64,000 nt of DNA, from assembly GCA_964617845.1 (NCBI GenBank), contig CAZUAR010000003.1, positions 133,908 to 197,907 of the forward strand. The letters are read 5' to 3'. This stretch comes from an uncultured Kofleriaceae bacterium. Lineage in GTDB: Bacteria > Myxococcota_A > Polyangia > Haliangiales > Haliangiaceae. Positions 8,840 to 21,365 of this stretch are shown here, in pieces; the first letter of the stretch is position 1; every line of letters begins with the position of its first letter. The notes below the pieces were generated by a model, which had not been told where the DNA came from, did no database searches, and was given only the letters and a program-made list of their open reading frames with translations. The position numbers and the translations under genes were made by a program.

Positions 8840-9626
8840 GCTCCGCGCAGTAGGCGTCGAAGCGTCGCGTGCCGAGCGCGGGCGCGATCGCATCGTGCTG
8901 GGCGAGGAGCACCGCGAACCGCATGAACTGCGCGAGCCGCGGCGAGAACGGATACGCGAGCGTCGCGTTGATCTTCGCCAGCCACACCGGCACGCGGCGC
9001 AGCTTGATGTCGGGACGCGCCAGTCGTCCCACGCGCAGGAACAGCTCCTCGCGCGTCATCACGTCGGGCCCGCCGCATGGCACGTCGCGCGGACCATCGC
9101 CTTTGGTCGCCTCCGCCACGATCGTCGCGAGGTCCCGCTCGTCGATCGGATTCGTGCGCGCCTTGCCATCACCGATGTCGAACAGCATCCCCTTCTTCGC
9201 GAGCGGTAACAGGGACGCGAACGCGCTGAAGAACCCGAGTGGACGCACGACGACTCCGTCGATCTCCGCCATCGCGTCGACGACGCGCTCGTGCGCTTCG
9301 ACGTACGCGCAGCCGCGGAGAAACGGCGGCGCGAACACCGCGGTGTACACGAGCCGCGCGCCGGTGCTCTTCGCCGCGGCGACCGCCGCCAGGCCGATCG
9401 GCGTGTCGACACCGCCGTAGCCGCGCCAGCCCTTGCCGAAGCCGACCGCGGCGCCCGCGCAGTTGACGATCGCTCCCGCGCCGTCGCACAGCCGCTTCAC
9501 GACGTCTGGGTCGCGCGCGTCGCCATCCTTGCGCCCGAGAGCGCGAACGTTGTCGCCGCGCTTGCGCAGCTCGTCGACGACGAGCTTCCCGAGCCCGCCG
9601 GTTCCACCGAGGACCACCACATCCAT
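8793..9626 (-). CDS. NAD(P)-binding NmrA-like/atypical SDR family protein
   Basis: MDVVVLGGTGGLGK Rossmann motif at the N-terminus. Start set to the ATG at 9626. Convergent 47-bp overlap with the HK 3' end. Confidence 0.7.
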   Translation of the reverse strand: MDVVVLGGTGGLGKLVVDELRKRGDNVRALGRKDGDARDPDVVKRLCDGAGAIVNCAGAAVGFGKGWRGYGGVDTPIGLAAVAAAKSTGARLVYTAVFAPPFLRGCAYVEAHERVVDAMAEIDGVVVRPLGFFSAFASLLPLAKKGMLFDIGDGKARTNPIDERDLATIVAEATKGDGPRDVPCGGPDVMTREELFLRVGRLARPDIKLRRVPVWLAKINATLAYPFSPRLAQFMRFAVLLAQHDAIAPALGTRRFDAYCAELTRTSPLLRERAPAA

Positions 9627-9694
9627 GGCCTTGTGATGCACCAGGTCGGCGTCCGTTTCGTGCGGCACGCCGTCGCTGCGTCATCGCGCCGCGA

Positions 9695-10081
9695 TCACGG
9701 CGTCGCCCCCGACCCGGTCTGCGGGGTCATCGCCTTGACCATGCACTCGCCATACTCCTGCCCGATCGCGGTCATTCGCTCGGCGGCGTCGTCGGACATC
9801 CTCGGCGGCACGCGATCGCCGGCGGCCTGCGCCATCTCTGTCGCCCACTTCGTCATGCGCTCCTGCACCTGATCGGCGCACGCCTTGTCGGGGCACTTGC
9901 ACATGTCGTTCTTGAACGAGGCCATCGTCGCCAGCACCACCTCGACGTCGTCGAGGCGAGCATCGGGCGGGCCGGCGTCCGGGACGATGACGACGTTCGA
10001 TACCGGCGTGGGCGGCGGAGGTTCCTTGCCACCACACGCGACCAGCGCGACCACCACGACGAAGAGCCTCATCGTGGCCAT
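9695..10081 (-). CDS. Small Cys-rich lipoprotein
   Basis: MATMRLFVVVVALVACGG lipobox. CKCPDKAC and EYGECM cysteine pairs. Confidence 0.55.
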   Translation of the reverse strand: MATMRLFVVVVALVACGGKEPPPPTPVSNVVIVPDAGPPDARLDDVEVVLATMASFKNDMCKCPDKACADQVQERMTKWATEMAQAAGDRVPPRMSDDAAERMTAIGQEYGECMVKAMTPQTGSGATP

Positions 10082-10650
10082 GGTAACAGGCGCGGCACGC
10101 GTTGCTTGTACTCCGCGTACGCGTTCGGATCTGCGAGCAGCTCGACGAGGCGCTCTTCTTCGCGTCGCGTGAACCACTGCGCGCCGAGCGCGAACACGGC
10201 ACACGCGACCGCGATCGCGACGTACCCGGTCGCGAGGAACACGCCGAGCTGGAACGCGATGCCCGCCGCGTAGATCGGGTGACGCACGATCGCGTACGCG
10301 CCCGTCGTGACGAGATCGATCGATCCGTTCGTCTCGAAGAACGGCGCGAACGACCGGACGCGGAACCCGATCTGGCGATCGGCGATCGTGCCGGCGACGA
10401 CGACGGCGACGGTGAGGCCCCATCCCGCGACACGGACCGGCCCCGGCATCTCGAGGCGACAAGCGAGCGCGTGGTCGCGCAGGATCGCGACGACGATCGC
10501 AAAGCCGACGAACGAGCCGAGCAGCATCAGATACGTCAGCGCGGCGTGGCGGCGCCAGAATCCGAACCACGTCCAGAAGACGAAGAAATAGACGCTCGCG
10601 ATCGCCGGAACGATCGCGATGACAGCGAGCGCTGTCGTCAGGCCACTCAC
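10069..10650 (-). CDS. Isoprenylcysteine carboxyl methyltransferase (ICMT/PEMT) family membrane methyltransferase
   Basis: Multi-TM protein with TTGAYAIVRHPIYAAG, the ICMT/PEMT SAM-binding motif. Confidence 0.8.
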   Translation of the reverse strand: MSGLTTALAVIAIVPAIASVYFFVFWTWFGFWRRHAALTYLMLLGSFVGFAIVVAILRDHALACRLEMPGPVRVAGWGLTVAVVVAGTIADRQIGFRVRSFAPFFETNGSIDLVTTGAYAIVRHPIYAAGIAFQLGVFLATGYVAIAVACAVFALGAQWFTRREEERLVELLADPNAYAEYKQRVPRLLPWPR

Positions 10651-11042
10651 GCTCCTGGGATGCTACGCCCGCCGCTCGCGTCGCTACTCGATCGGCGCGG
10701 TTTCGTCGCGTGTCGAGCTACGCCGGGTCGGATCGCGCGGTGGGTTCGTGCCCTCGGCGAACGTGCCGTCGAACGTGGGCATCGGACCTCGGATCCGCGC
10801 GGTGCTCAGGCGCGTGATGCCCGGCAGCGTCTCCATCGTCGAGTCCCAGAAGAAGACACGACTCGGTGCGTCGTCGGTCTCGGCCCTGGGGCTCGCCTCA
10901 TCGAGCACACGGCGGGCGCGCGGGAACTTCGAGGGCACACCGCTGGTGCTGCAACGAGAAGGCCGACCCGAGCGCGCTTCAAGTCCGCGGGATTGCACTG
11001 TCAGGCCGCGCACGTGTTGTACGCGCGTGCGAGCTCACACCT

Positions 11043-11588
11043 CTATCGAGGAGGGTGGCCCCACTCACTCGCGAGCACCGCGTAGATCAGCGAGTCGCAC
11101 CACTCGCCCTTGAGGAAGACGTTCTGGACGAGGTGCCCTTCCCGGCGCATGCCGAGGCGCTCCATGACGCGCGCCGAGGCGGGGTTCCGCGGATCGCAGT
11201 CGCCGTGGATGCGATGCATGCCGAGCTCGGCGAACGCGTACGTGACGAGAGCACGCGCGGCTTCGGTGACGTAGCCGTGGCCCTGATGCTCGGGCGCGAT
11301 CACGAACCACAGCTCGCCGAGGCGTGGATCGGCGTCGGCGCGTCGCATGCCGACGCGACCGATGTACGTGTCGTCACCCGGGCGCGTGATCGCGAGATCG
11401 AACACGAGGCGTGGCGCCTCGCGCGCGCAGACCATGATCCCCTGCACGTACTCGCGCGAGCGCGCCTCGTCGTGAACGTCGTTGGCCTGGTAGCGAACGA
11501 CATCGGGCTGCGACTCGATCGCGAACAGCGCGCGCCAGTCGTCCTCGACGAATTCGCGGAGAACGAGGCGCTCGGTCTCGAGCCGCAC
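11043..11588 (-). CDS. GNAT family N-acetyltransferase (RimJ/RimL-like)
   Basis: TERLVLREFVEDDW...HQGHGYVTEAARALVTYAF...RIHGDCDPRNPASARVMERLGMRREG is a typical RimL-type GNAT fold. Confidence 0.85.
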   Translation of the reverse strand: MRLETERLVLREFVEDDWRALFAIESQPDVVRYQANDVHDEARSREYVQGIMVCAREAPRLVFDLAITRPGDDTYIGRVGMRRADADPRLGELWFVIAPEHQGHGYVTEAARALVTYAFAELGMHRIHGDCDPRNPASARVMERLGMRREGHLVQNVFLKGEWCDSLIYAVLASEWGHPPR

Positions 11589-11591
11589 CGA

Positions 11592-12020
11592 TCAGTGCGA
11601 CGCGCTGGCGGCGGCGAGGCGAGCGCGCGCCCAGTCAGCGCGGGCGCGGACGTTGATGTACTCGCCGTCCATCGCCTTGTCGCCCCACGACGCGAGATCC
11701 TTCTCGGCGGCGGCGAGGTCCTTCTTTGCAGCTTCGGTGTCCACGTCGGCGGCGGCTTGCGCTTGCTCGACGAGGATCTCGACCGCGCCCGATGGATCGA
11801 CGCGGAGGTAGCCGCTGCCGACCGCGTACTTCGCGCGGGTCTTGGCGCCGATCGTCAGCACGCCCGGCTTGAGCGCGGTGAGGAGCGGGATGTGTCCCGG
11901 CAGCAGCTCGAACTCGCCGAGCTCGCCCGGCGCCTGGACGCTGTCCGCCTCGGTGTGCGCGATGACGCCACGCGGGGTGACCAGGTTGACGCCGAGGATC
12001 GTGTTGAGCCCGCCTGCCAC
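11592..12020 (-). CDS. atpC: F0F1 ATP synthase subunit epsilon
   Basis: Position immediately after atpD. Beta-sandwich N-domain VNLVTPRGVIAHTEADSVQAPGELGEFELLPGHIPLLTALKPGVLTI and a helical C-terminus. Confidence 0.9.
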   Translation of the reverse strand: MAGGLNTILGVNLVTPRGVIAHTEADSVQAPGELGEFELLPGHIPLLTALKPGVLTIGAKTRAKYAVGSGYLRVDPSGAVEILVEQAQAAADVDTEAAKKDLAAAEKDLASWGDKAMDGEYINVRARADWARARLAAASASH

Positions 12021-12021
12021 G

Positions 12022-13479
<1,458 letters not shown>

Positions 13480-14373
13480 TTACCCCTTGAGAGCCTCGGC
13501 GCCGCCGATGATCTCGAGCAGCTCCTTGGTGATCGACGCCTGACGGGCGCGGTTGTACTGAAGCGTGAGCCGGCTGATCATCTCGCCGGCGTTCTTGGTC
13601 GCGTTCTCCATCGCGGTCATCTGCGCTGCGAAGAACGCGGCGACCGACTCGAGAGCAGCGCGGTAGATCTGGATCTGCACGTACAGCGGGACGAGCCGAT
13701 CGAGCAGGACCTGCTTGTCCGGCTCGTACAGGAAGTCGCCGCTCCCGACATCGTGGCCCTCTCCGACCTTCATCGGCTCGACGGCCGCCTTCTCGGGGAC
13801 GACCGGCAGGACCTGCTTCACGCGGGTGACCTGGCTGATCGCGCTCTTGAACTCGTTGTAGACGATGAACACGCGGTCGACGCGGCCGCTCGTGAAGTCG
13901 TCGATGATCCGGTTCGCCATCTCGCGCGCGACGTCGAGCGCGGTGGCTCCCGTCGGCGCGGCGTCGAAGCTCGTGATCGTCGTGCGACGGCGCGAGAAGT
14001 ACTGGTTGCCCTTGCGGCCGATGATGCGCAGCGACAGCTCGCTCGTGCCCGAGAGCTCGTTCGCGGCGTAGCGCTCGACGGCCTTGATGACGTTCGCGTT
14101 GAACGCGCCCGCCTGACCGCGATCGCTCGTCATGACGACGATCGACGCCTTCTCGAGCGGACGTTCCTCGAACAGCTTGTGCGAGTCGGCGCCGGCGACC
14201 GCCGACAGCTCCGACACCACCTTGGTGATCGCGCTGGAGTACGGCCGCGCCGCGATCAACGCATCCTGGGCGCGCCGCAGCTTCGCCGTCGACACGAGCT
14301 TCATCGCACGCGTGATCTTGCGCGTGTTCTTGACGCTCGTGATGCGCGTGCGGATGGCCTTCAGCGACGGCAT
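13480..14373 (-). CDS. atpG: F0F1 ATP synthase subunit gamma
   Basis: MPSLKAIRTRITSVKNTRKITRAMKLVSTAKLRRAQ N-terminus and C-terminal helix ITKELLEIIGGAEAL. Confidence 0.95.
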   Translation of the reverse strand: MPSLKAIRTRITSVKNTRKITRAMKLVSTAKLRRAQDALIAARPYSSAITKVVSELSAVAGADSHKLFEERPLEKASIVVMTSDRGQAGAFNANVIKAVERYAANELSGTSELSLRIIGRKGNQYFSRRRTTITSFDAAPTGATALDVAREMANRIIDDFTSGRVDRVFIVYNEFKSAISQVTRVKQVLPVVPEKAAVEPMKVGEGHDVGSGDFLYEPDKQVLLDRLVPLYVQIQIYRAALESVAAFFAAQMTAMENATKNAGEMISRLTLQYNRARQASITKELLEIIGGAEALKG

Positions 14374-14376
14374 GGC

Positions 14377-15909
<1,533 letters not shown>

Positions 15910-15927
15910 GGTCGTTCCCTTTGCGCG

Positions 15928-16461
15928 TTACTTCGTCAGCTCGTCGCGGATCGCGCGAAGCTGGGTCTTGAGGCTTCCGTCGTACACCGTGTCGCCAACC
16001 TTCGCGACGACACCACCGAGCAGGCTGGCGTCCTCGCGCTTGACCACGTCGACCTTCTTGCCCGAGAGCTTCTCGAGCGCGAGCGTGATCTGCGTGAGCT
16101 GAGATGCATCGAGCGGCTTGGCCGAGGTGACCTCGGCGGTGATGCGACCGCCCTTTGCCTCGATCATCGCCGCGAGCTCGCGCGAGATGTCCGGCAGTGC
16201 GGACAGTCGCTCGCCGTCGAGCAGCAGGTACACGAGGTTCTTGGTCGTCGGCGCGGCGACGATGCGCGTGAGCAGCGCGTCGATCACCTTGCGGCGGTCG
16301 GCGCGGCGGATCGCGGGGTTCGAGAGCAGTGACTGCAGCTCCTGCGAGCCCTTCATCGCGGCCGCGAGGCTCTTCAGATCCGTACCGAGCTTGTCGACGC
16401 TGGCACCGCCGATCTCGAACACGGCCTTCGCATAACGACGAGCGAGACTACCGGCGGGCAT
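15928..16461 (-). CDS. atpH: F0F1 ATP synthase subunit delta (OSCP)
   Basis: ARRYAKAVFEIG start. 177 aa. Sits between atpF and atpA. Confidence 0.9.
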   Translation of the reverse strand: MPAGSLARRYAKAVFEIGGASVDKLGTDLKSLAAAMKGSQELQSLLSNPAIRRADRRKVIDALLTRIVAAPTTKNLVYLLLDGERLSALPDISRELAAMIEAKGGRITAEVTSAKPLDASQLTQITLALEKLSGKKVDVVKREDASLLGGVVAKVGDTVYDGSLKTQLRAIRDELTK

Positions 16462-17392
16462 CGCTGCCTCCCTTATTGCTGCCGAGGTCGGAGATGAACG
16501 AGCTCACGAGCTTGCTCTGGTCCGTGGGCTGGAGCTTGTCGCGGAGGATCTTCTCGGTCGCCGCCGTGGCAGCGTCGGTGACCTCGCGGGTCAGCGACGC
16601 ACGCGCGCTCTCGATCTCGGCGGCGATCCGGCTCTCGGCGTCGCGCTTCATCTGCGCGGCGAGCTTGTCGGCATTCTCGAGGATGCGTGCCTTGTCGGCC
16701 TCCGCATCCTTGCGGATGCCCTCGACCATCGCCTTGATCTCGTCGTCGGCGGACTTCAGCTTGGACTCGAGCTCTGACAGCTTGGTCTGCGCTTGCTCGC
16801 GGAGCTTCGCGGCCTCTTCGAGCGCGTTCTTGATCTGATCGTGGCGCTCCTCGGCCGCCTTGCGAGCGATCGGTCCACCCTTCCACGCGAGGATGCCGAA
16901 CAGCAGGAGGAAGTTCAGCACCATGAAGATGAAGGGCGCCGACATCGGCTCTTCACCGTTGACGACCTCGCCCGTGTGCGAATCGACCATCTGGCCGTCG
17001 CCGAACTTGCCGCCGTACGCGTCCTTGCCGCGCCAACCGAAGTCGAAGAAGTTGAAGTGCTTGCTCGGATCGCCGTGGCCTTTGTGGGCCTCCTGCTCGC
17101 CGTGCAGTGCGGTGTTGGCGCCGGTGCCGACGCCCGTGTGCTCGTCGACATGGCTCTCGTCGCCCGTCGTGTTCACGTCCGGCGGGGGCTCGTCGGAGGG
17201 CGGCGCGAAGCCGTGGTCGGGCATGCCCGAGCCAGCGGCCGACTCGTCGACCTGCGTCGGCTCGGGATTCTCGGCCGGCTGCGCGACGGCGTCCGCCGCG
17301 CTCATCGCGAGGAACGCGAGGAGGAACGCGCCGACGAAGAACGCCGGCACGGTGACCATCGAAACGATCTTGCTGCGCGCGGTTGGCATCAT
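16448..17392 (-). CDS. atpF: F0F1 ATP synthase subunit b with atypical ~140-aa N-terminal extension (signal/TM + His-rich acidic segment)
   Basis: The C-terminal ~170 aa form a canonical b subunit (TM PFIFMVLNFLLLFGILAW followed by a long charged helix). The in-frame N-terminal extension MMPTARSKIVSMVTVPAFFVGAFLLAFLAMSAADA...HGFAPPSDEPPPD...HKGHGDPSKHFNFFDFGWRGKD keeps high GC3. ATGATG directly abuts the atpF' stop. Confidence 0.8.
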   Translation of the reverse strand: MMPTARSKIVSMVTVPAFFVGAFLLAFLAMSAADAVAQPAENPEPTQVDESAAGSGMPDHGFAPPSDEPPPDVNTTGDESHVDEHTGVGTGANTALHGEQEAHKGHGDPSKHFNFFDFGWRGKDAYGGKFGDGQMVDSHTGEVVNGEEPMSAPFIFMVLNFLLLFGILAWKGGPIARKAAEERHDQIKNALEEAAKLREQAQTKLSELESKLKSADDEIKAMVEGIRKDAEADKARILENADKLAAQMKRDAESRIAAEIESARASLTREVTDAATAATEKILRDKLQPTDQSKLVSSFISDLGSNKGGSDARR

Positions 17393-17866
17393 CTAGGCGA
17401 CCTCCCGTCCGAGGAGCTTGCTCGCCATCGCCTTCGCGAGTGCATCCGCTTGCGGCATGAGCTGCGCGCGGGCCGCGTCCGTCTCGGCGCGCATCTTGGC
17501 CTGTGCCTCGTCGATCGCCTTTTGCGCGGAGGCGCGCGCCTTGTCGGTGACGTCCTTCTCGTGCGCGGCGGCTTCCGCGCGGACCTTGCGACCTTCTTCA
17601 CCGGCGCGGTCACGCGCGGCGGCGAGCTGCTTGTTGTAGTCGGCGAGCTTCGCGTCGGCCTGCGCGGTCATGCGCTCTGCCTCGGCGCGCGCACCCTCGA
17701 TGCCGGCCTTGCGTCGCTCGCGCAGCTGCAGGTACGGCTGGAACAGGAGCTTGTTGGCGACGAGATAGATGACGACGAACAGACCGAACTGAATGACCGC
17801 GGTGAGATCGATATCGATCAGCGGTTGGCCGCCGGATGCGACCGTTACGAGTGTGGTCTGTTCCAT
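17393..17866 (-). CDS. F0F1 ATP synthase subunit b' (second b-type stator subunit)
   Basis: N-terminal TM VIQFGLFVVIYLVANKLLF followed by a charged Ala/Arg/Glu-rich helix. First gene of the atp cluster. Confidence 0.8.
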   Translation of the reverse strand: MEQTTLVTVASGGQPLIDIDLTAVIQFGLFVVIYLVANKLLFQPYLQLRERRKAGIEGARAEAERMTAQADAKLADYNKQLAAARDRAGEEGRKVRAEAAAHEKDVTDKARASAQKAIDEAQAKMRAETDAARAQLMPQADALAKAMASKLLGREVA

Positions 17867-18035
17867 GGAAATGCCTTTACCTTCAGTAGCCTAGCGACTG
17901 GCTCGGGGCCGGCTGCTTATAGTCGGCGCTACCGAGGGTGTCAACGGTGGGATGCCCGTAGTTTGTCGACGGTGTTGCGACAATCCGCCGCGAGGTAATG
18001 ACCGTCGGAGATCTCGTCGGCTAGATTGGTCCCCG

Positions 18036-19913
18036 ATGCTTCCGGGTGTGGATCTCGCGTCCCTGTGGGGAGCACTCGAAGCCGCGGCTGAACAGTCCTC
18101 GATCGCCATCTATGTCGCGCGGATCGATACGGATCCTCCCGCGATCCTCTACGCGAGCCAGCTCGCGGCGGAGATCCTCGGACGGCCGCGCGAATCACTG
18201 ATCGGCGCGACGCCGTGGGGGATCCTGGCAGCCGAGGATCAGGTCCGGATCCAGCAGATGATCGCGCTTCCGACCGCGGACTTGCCGCCCTCGTCGATCG
18301 ATCTGACCGTCGAGCGTCCCGACGGCACGCGCATTCCGATCCGCCTGGGCCGCACCCGACTCGCGATCTCGGACCAGGTGTTCTCGTTCGGCTACTTCCG
18401 CGACGTGTCGCCGGAGCGGGATGCGGTCGAGGCGCTACGCCGATCGGAGGCGCGGTTCCGCTTCCTCGTCGAGGCGGCGCCGGACGGCGTGGTGATCGTC
18501 AGCCGCGGGCAGATCGTGTTCATCAATCGCCGCGGCGCGGAGCTGATCGCGAACGCGACGATCGACGAGGTGATGGGCCGCCCGATCGGAGCGTTCCTGC
18601 CGCCCGACGACGCGGCGGCCGCGGCCGAGCGCATCGGACGGATGTTCGCGACGGGCACCGAGATGCCGCCCAACGAGTACGGGGTGCTTGTCGATCCCGA
18701 GCGCGTCGTCGAGATCAAGTCGATCATCTGCGACTGGGAAGGCACGCCGGCGGTGCTGGCGTTCGCGCGCGATGTCACCGAGCGCAAGCGGTTGCAGCAC
18801 AAGCTGGTCGAGCACGACCGGCTCGCCGCGCTCGGCACGCTGTCCGCCGGTGTGGCGCACGAGATCAACAACCCGCTCACCTACGCGACGCTCGGACTGC
18901 AGCGCATCGAGCGCACGTTGATGGGGGCCGACCTGCCACCGGCGACGCTCGCGCAGGTGCGCGTGCAGATCCGCGAGATCGAGCACGGCATCTCGCGCGT
19001 CGCGTCGATCACGCGGGGGCTACGCACGTTCGCGCGCCCCGACGACGGACCTCCCGGCCCTGTCTCGCTGACGGAGGTGGTCGAGCGCTCGCTGCGCATG
19101 GTCGAGAACGACCTGCGCCACCGCGCGCAGCTCGTCCGCACGATCCTCGACGTTCCACCGGTCACCGGCAACGCGTCGCGCCTCGAGCAGGTCGTGGTGA
19201 ACCTGCTCCTCAACGCGATCCAGTCGCTGCGGCCGGAGCGGCCCCAGAACGAGATCGAGCTGGTGCTGCTCCAGCGCGGCGCGAACGTCGTGCTGACGAT
19301 CCGCGATACCGGTCGCGGCATCCCCGCGCTGCTGCGAGATCGCATCTTCGAGCCGTTCTTCACGACGCGCGCCGTCGGCGAGGGCATGGGGCTCGGCCTC
19401 TCGGTGTGCCGCACGATCGTCGAGGGTTTCGGCGGGACGATCGAGGTCGCATCGACGGAAGGCCAAGGCACGACGATGACGGTCGCGCTGCCGATCCATC
19501 GCGGCTCGCATCCCAGCATCGTGCCGCCCGCGGCACCGACGAGCACGAGCCGCAAGCGCGTGCTCATCATCGACGACGAACCACTGCTGCGCGACGCGCT
19601 GACCCGCTTGCTCGGCGCCGATCACGAGATCACGACCGCGAGCTCCGGTGCCGAGGGGCTCGCCGCGATCGCGCGCGGTCCGTTCGACGTGATCGTGTGC
19701 GACGTGATGATGCCCGGCATGAACGGACAGGAAGTCCACCGGCGGATCGCGTGCGACCATCCCGGCCTCGAGCGACGCATCGTCTTCATCACGGGCGGCA
19801 CGTTCTCGCCCGAGCTGGACGAGTTCTTGGCGAACACCCCCAACCCGCTGCTCGCCAAGCCGTTCCAGCTCGACGACGTGATCGCCGCCGTCGAGAGCGT
19901 CGCGAGCACCTGA
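18036..19913 (+). CDS. Hybrid sensor histidine kinase (2x PAS - HisKA - HATPase_c - receiver)
   Basis: PAS segments. H-box LSAGVAHEINNPLTYATLGL. GRGIP, GEGMGLGLSV. Receiver VLIIDDEP...DVIVCDVMMPGMNG...KPF. ATG at 18036 chosen; the upstream listed extension is Arg-rich. Confidence 0.85.
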   Translation: MLPGVDLASLWGALEAAAEQSSIAIYVARIDTDPPAILYASQLAAEILGRPRESLIGATPWGILAAEDQVRIQQMIALPTADLPPSSIDLTVERPDGTRIPIRLGRTRLAISDQVFSFGYFRDVSPERDAVEALRRSEARFRFLVEAAPDGVVIVSRGQIVFINRRGAELIANATIDEVMGRPIGAFLPPDDAAAAAERIGRMFATGTEMPPNEYGVLVDPERVVEIKSIICDWEGTPAVLAFARDVTERKRLQHKLVEHDRLAALGTLSAGVAHEINNPLTYATLGLQRIERTLMGADLPPATLAQVRVQIREIEHGISRVASITRGLRTFARPDDGPPGPVSLTEVVERSLRMVENDLRHRAQLVRTILDVPPVTGNASRLEQVVVNLLLNAIQSLRPERPQNEIELVLLQRGANVVLTIRDTGRGIPALLRDRIFEPFFTTRAVGEGMGLGLSVCRTIVEGFGGTIEVASTEGQGTTMTVALPIHRGSHPSIVPPAAPTSTSRKRVLIIDDEPLLRDALTRLLGADHEITTASSGAEGLAAIARGPFDVIVCDVMMPGMNGQEVHRRIACDHPGLERRIVFITGGTFSPELDEFLANTPNPLLAKPFQLDDVIAAVESVAST

Positions 19914-19981
19914 CTCCCCACCGCTACCGCGGAACGGGTTGCAAGTGGCCCGACCTCTCGGTATGAGTCGCGCGTTGGCCC

Positions 19982-20890
19982 ATGTCCGAGCTTCGTTCTG
20001 TTCCTGCGACCGTCGTCGAGCCACCTCCGGCTCCCGGTCCCTCGCCGTCCGATAGCTCGCCGATCCCGGTGCTCGCGGAAGGGACCGCGCCGGTCGCGAT
20101 CCGGTATCGACCCGCACCGCGTCGCGCGTGGCCGTTCGTCGCCGCGGGGCTCGCCGTCGCGGCGGCAGCGCTCGGTGGCTACGCGATGTACGCGAAGCGC
20201 GAGGCGCGACGCGAGCTCGAGGTCCGGTATCCGATCGCGGCGACCGCCGCGCAGCAGGCGCAACTCGAGAGCGGCGCCGCGCGCTGGAGCCAGGGCCGCG
20301 ACCGGTTGCTCGCGACGCTCGCGACGTTCGATGCGCCGGACCTCGCGACGCTCAAGGGCGTCGGTGCGTGCACGCTCGACGTGAGCCGCAGCGCGGACGA
20401 GGTCGCGCGCGCCGCGCTCGTCTCCGACGCCGAAGCGCCGTCGTGGGACGATCGCGATCTCGATGTCTCGCTCCGCCACGTGGTGCTGCCGGACGAGTCC
20501 CTCGGGGACCTCGCCGCGCTCGCGCGACCCGAGATCGATCAGTTGATCGATGCGGCCGAGCGCGGGCGGTTCCAGACCGTCGCCGGGCGCGATCACATCC
20601 TCCACGCGGTCGGCGGTGCGTTCGTCGTCGTTCGCGTCGACGAATTGCGCATGCCGGAGCTCGACCGCGCGAATGATGCGCTCGCGCCCGGTGTGCTCGT
20701 GGGCACGGCGTACGCGTTCGACCCCGCGAGCGGCGCGCTGCGCTGCGCTGGAACGGTACGCGCGGTCTCCAGCCAGATCGGCACGCTCAGCGGCTTCTCT
20801 GGACTCGATCGTGCACGCGAGGCAGCGATCCGCGACTTCGAAGTTCGCGTCGAGGCATCCATCGTCTCCTCGCTGCGTTCTGTCGATTGA
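19982..20890 (+). CDS. Hypothetical membrane-anchored protein
   Basis: Pro-rich N-terminus and a single TM helix WPFVAAGLAVAAAALGGYAMYA. High GC3. No recognisable domain. Confidence 0.45.
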   Translation: MSELRSVPATVVEPPPAPGPSPSDSSPIPVLAEGTAPVAIRYRPAPRRAWPFVAAGLAVAAAALGGYAMYAKREARRELEVRYPIAATAAQQAQLESGAARWSQGRDRLLATLATFDAPDLATLKGVGACTLDVSRSADEVARAALVSDAEAPSWDDRDLDVSLRHVVLPDESLGDLAALARPEIDQLIDAAERGRFQTVAGRDHILHAVGGAFVVVRVDELRMPELDRANDALAPGVLVGTAYAFDPASGALRCAGTVRAVSSQIGTLSGFSGLDRAREAAIRDFEVRVEASIVSSLRSVD

Positions 20891-20954
20891 CGCCCACCGA
20901 TAACGAAATCTAGTTGGTGTACATACGACCTGATCGGTGGCAGAGTAGCCGCGC

Positions 20955-21365
20955 ATGGCCCGGCTCTCTCCCGAGCTGATCAGGCTGCTCGAAACTGTTG
21001 TCGACGGTCTCGAGAAGGTCGATATCGCGTGGCACGTCATGACCGCCACGAAGCCGCTGACGATCGACGATCTGGCGCAGCGTACCTACCTCGATGTCCA
21101 GACGCTTCGCGACGCGATCACGGATCTCGTCTCCGCGGGCGTGCTTGTCGCGAACGAGCCGCCGCTGGGCCAGCTCGTCCCCGGACCACGTGCGAAATCG
21201 CCGGATTTCGAAACGTTGATGAAGCACTACACCGAGGACCGTATTCTCGTGGTCAATACGGCGACGAGGATCGCGATGGAGCGCATTCGCAACATGGCGG
21301 CGAGCACGTTCGCGGACGCGTTCCTGCTCCGTCCGCGGCGCAAGAAGGGAGACGACGATGCCTGA
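20955..21365 (+). CDS. Hypothetical protein, possible winged-helix fold
   Basis: LTIDDLAQRTYLDVQTLRDAITDLVSAGVL resembles an HTH recognition helix plus wing. Stop overlaps the start of the next gene (ATGCCTGA). Confidence 0.4.
   Translation: MARLSPELIRLLETVVDGLEKVDIAWHVMTATKPLTIDDLAQRTYLDVQTLRDAITDLVSAGVLVANEPPLGQLVPGPRAKSPDFETLMKHYTEDRILVVNTATRIAMERIRNMAASTFADAFLLRPRRKKGDDDA

Noticed and set aside
10619-11113. 164-aa plus ORF and 109-aa minus ORF (10684..11013) in the GNAT-ICMT gap
   Set aside because: Both translate to Ser/Arg/Pro-rich sequence without hydrophobic core or motifs. Treated as non-coding, but see the finding on this gap.
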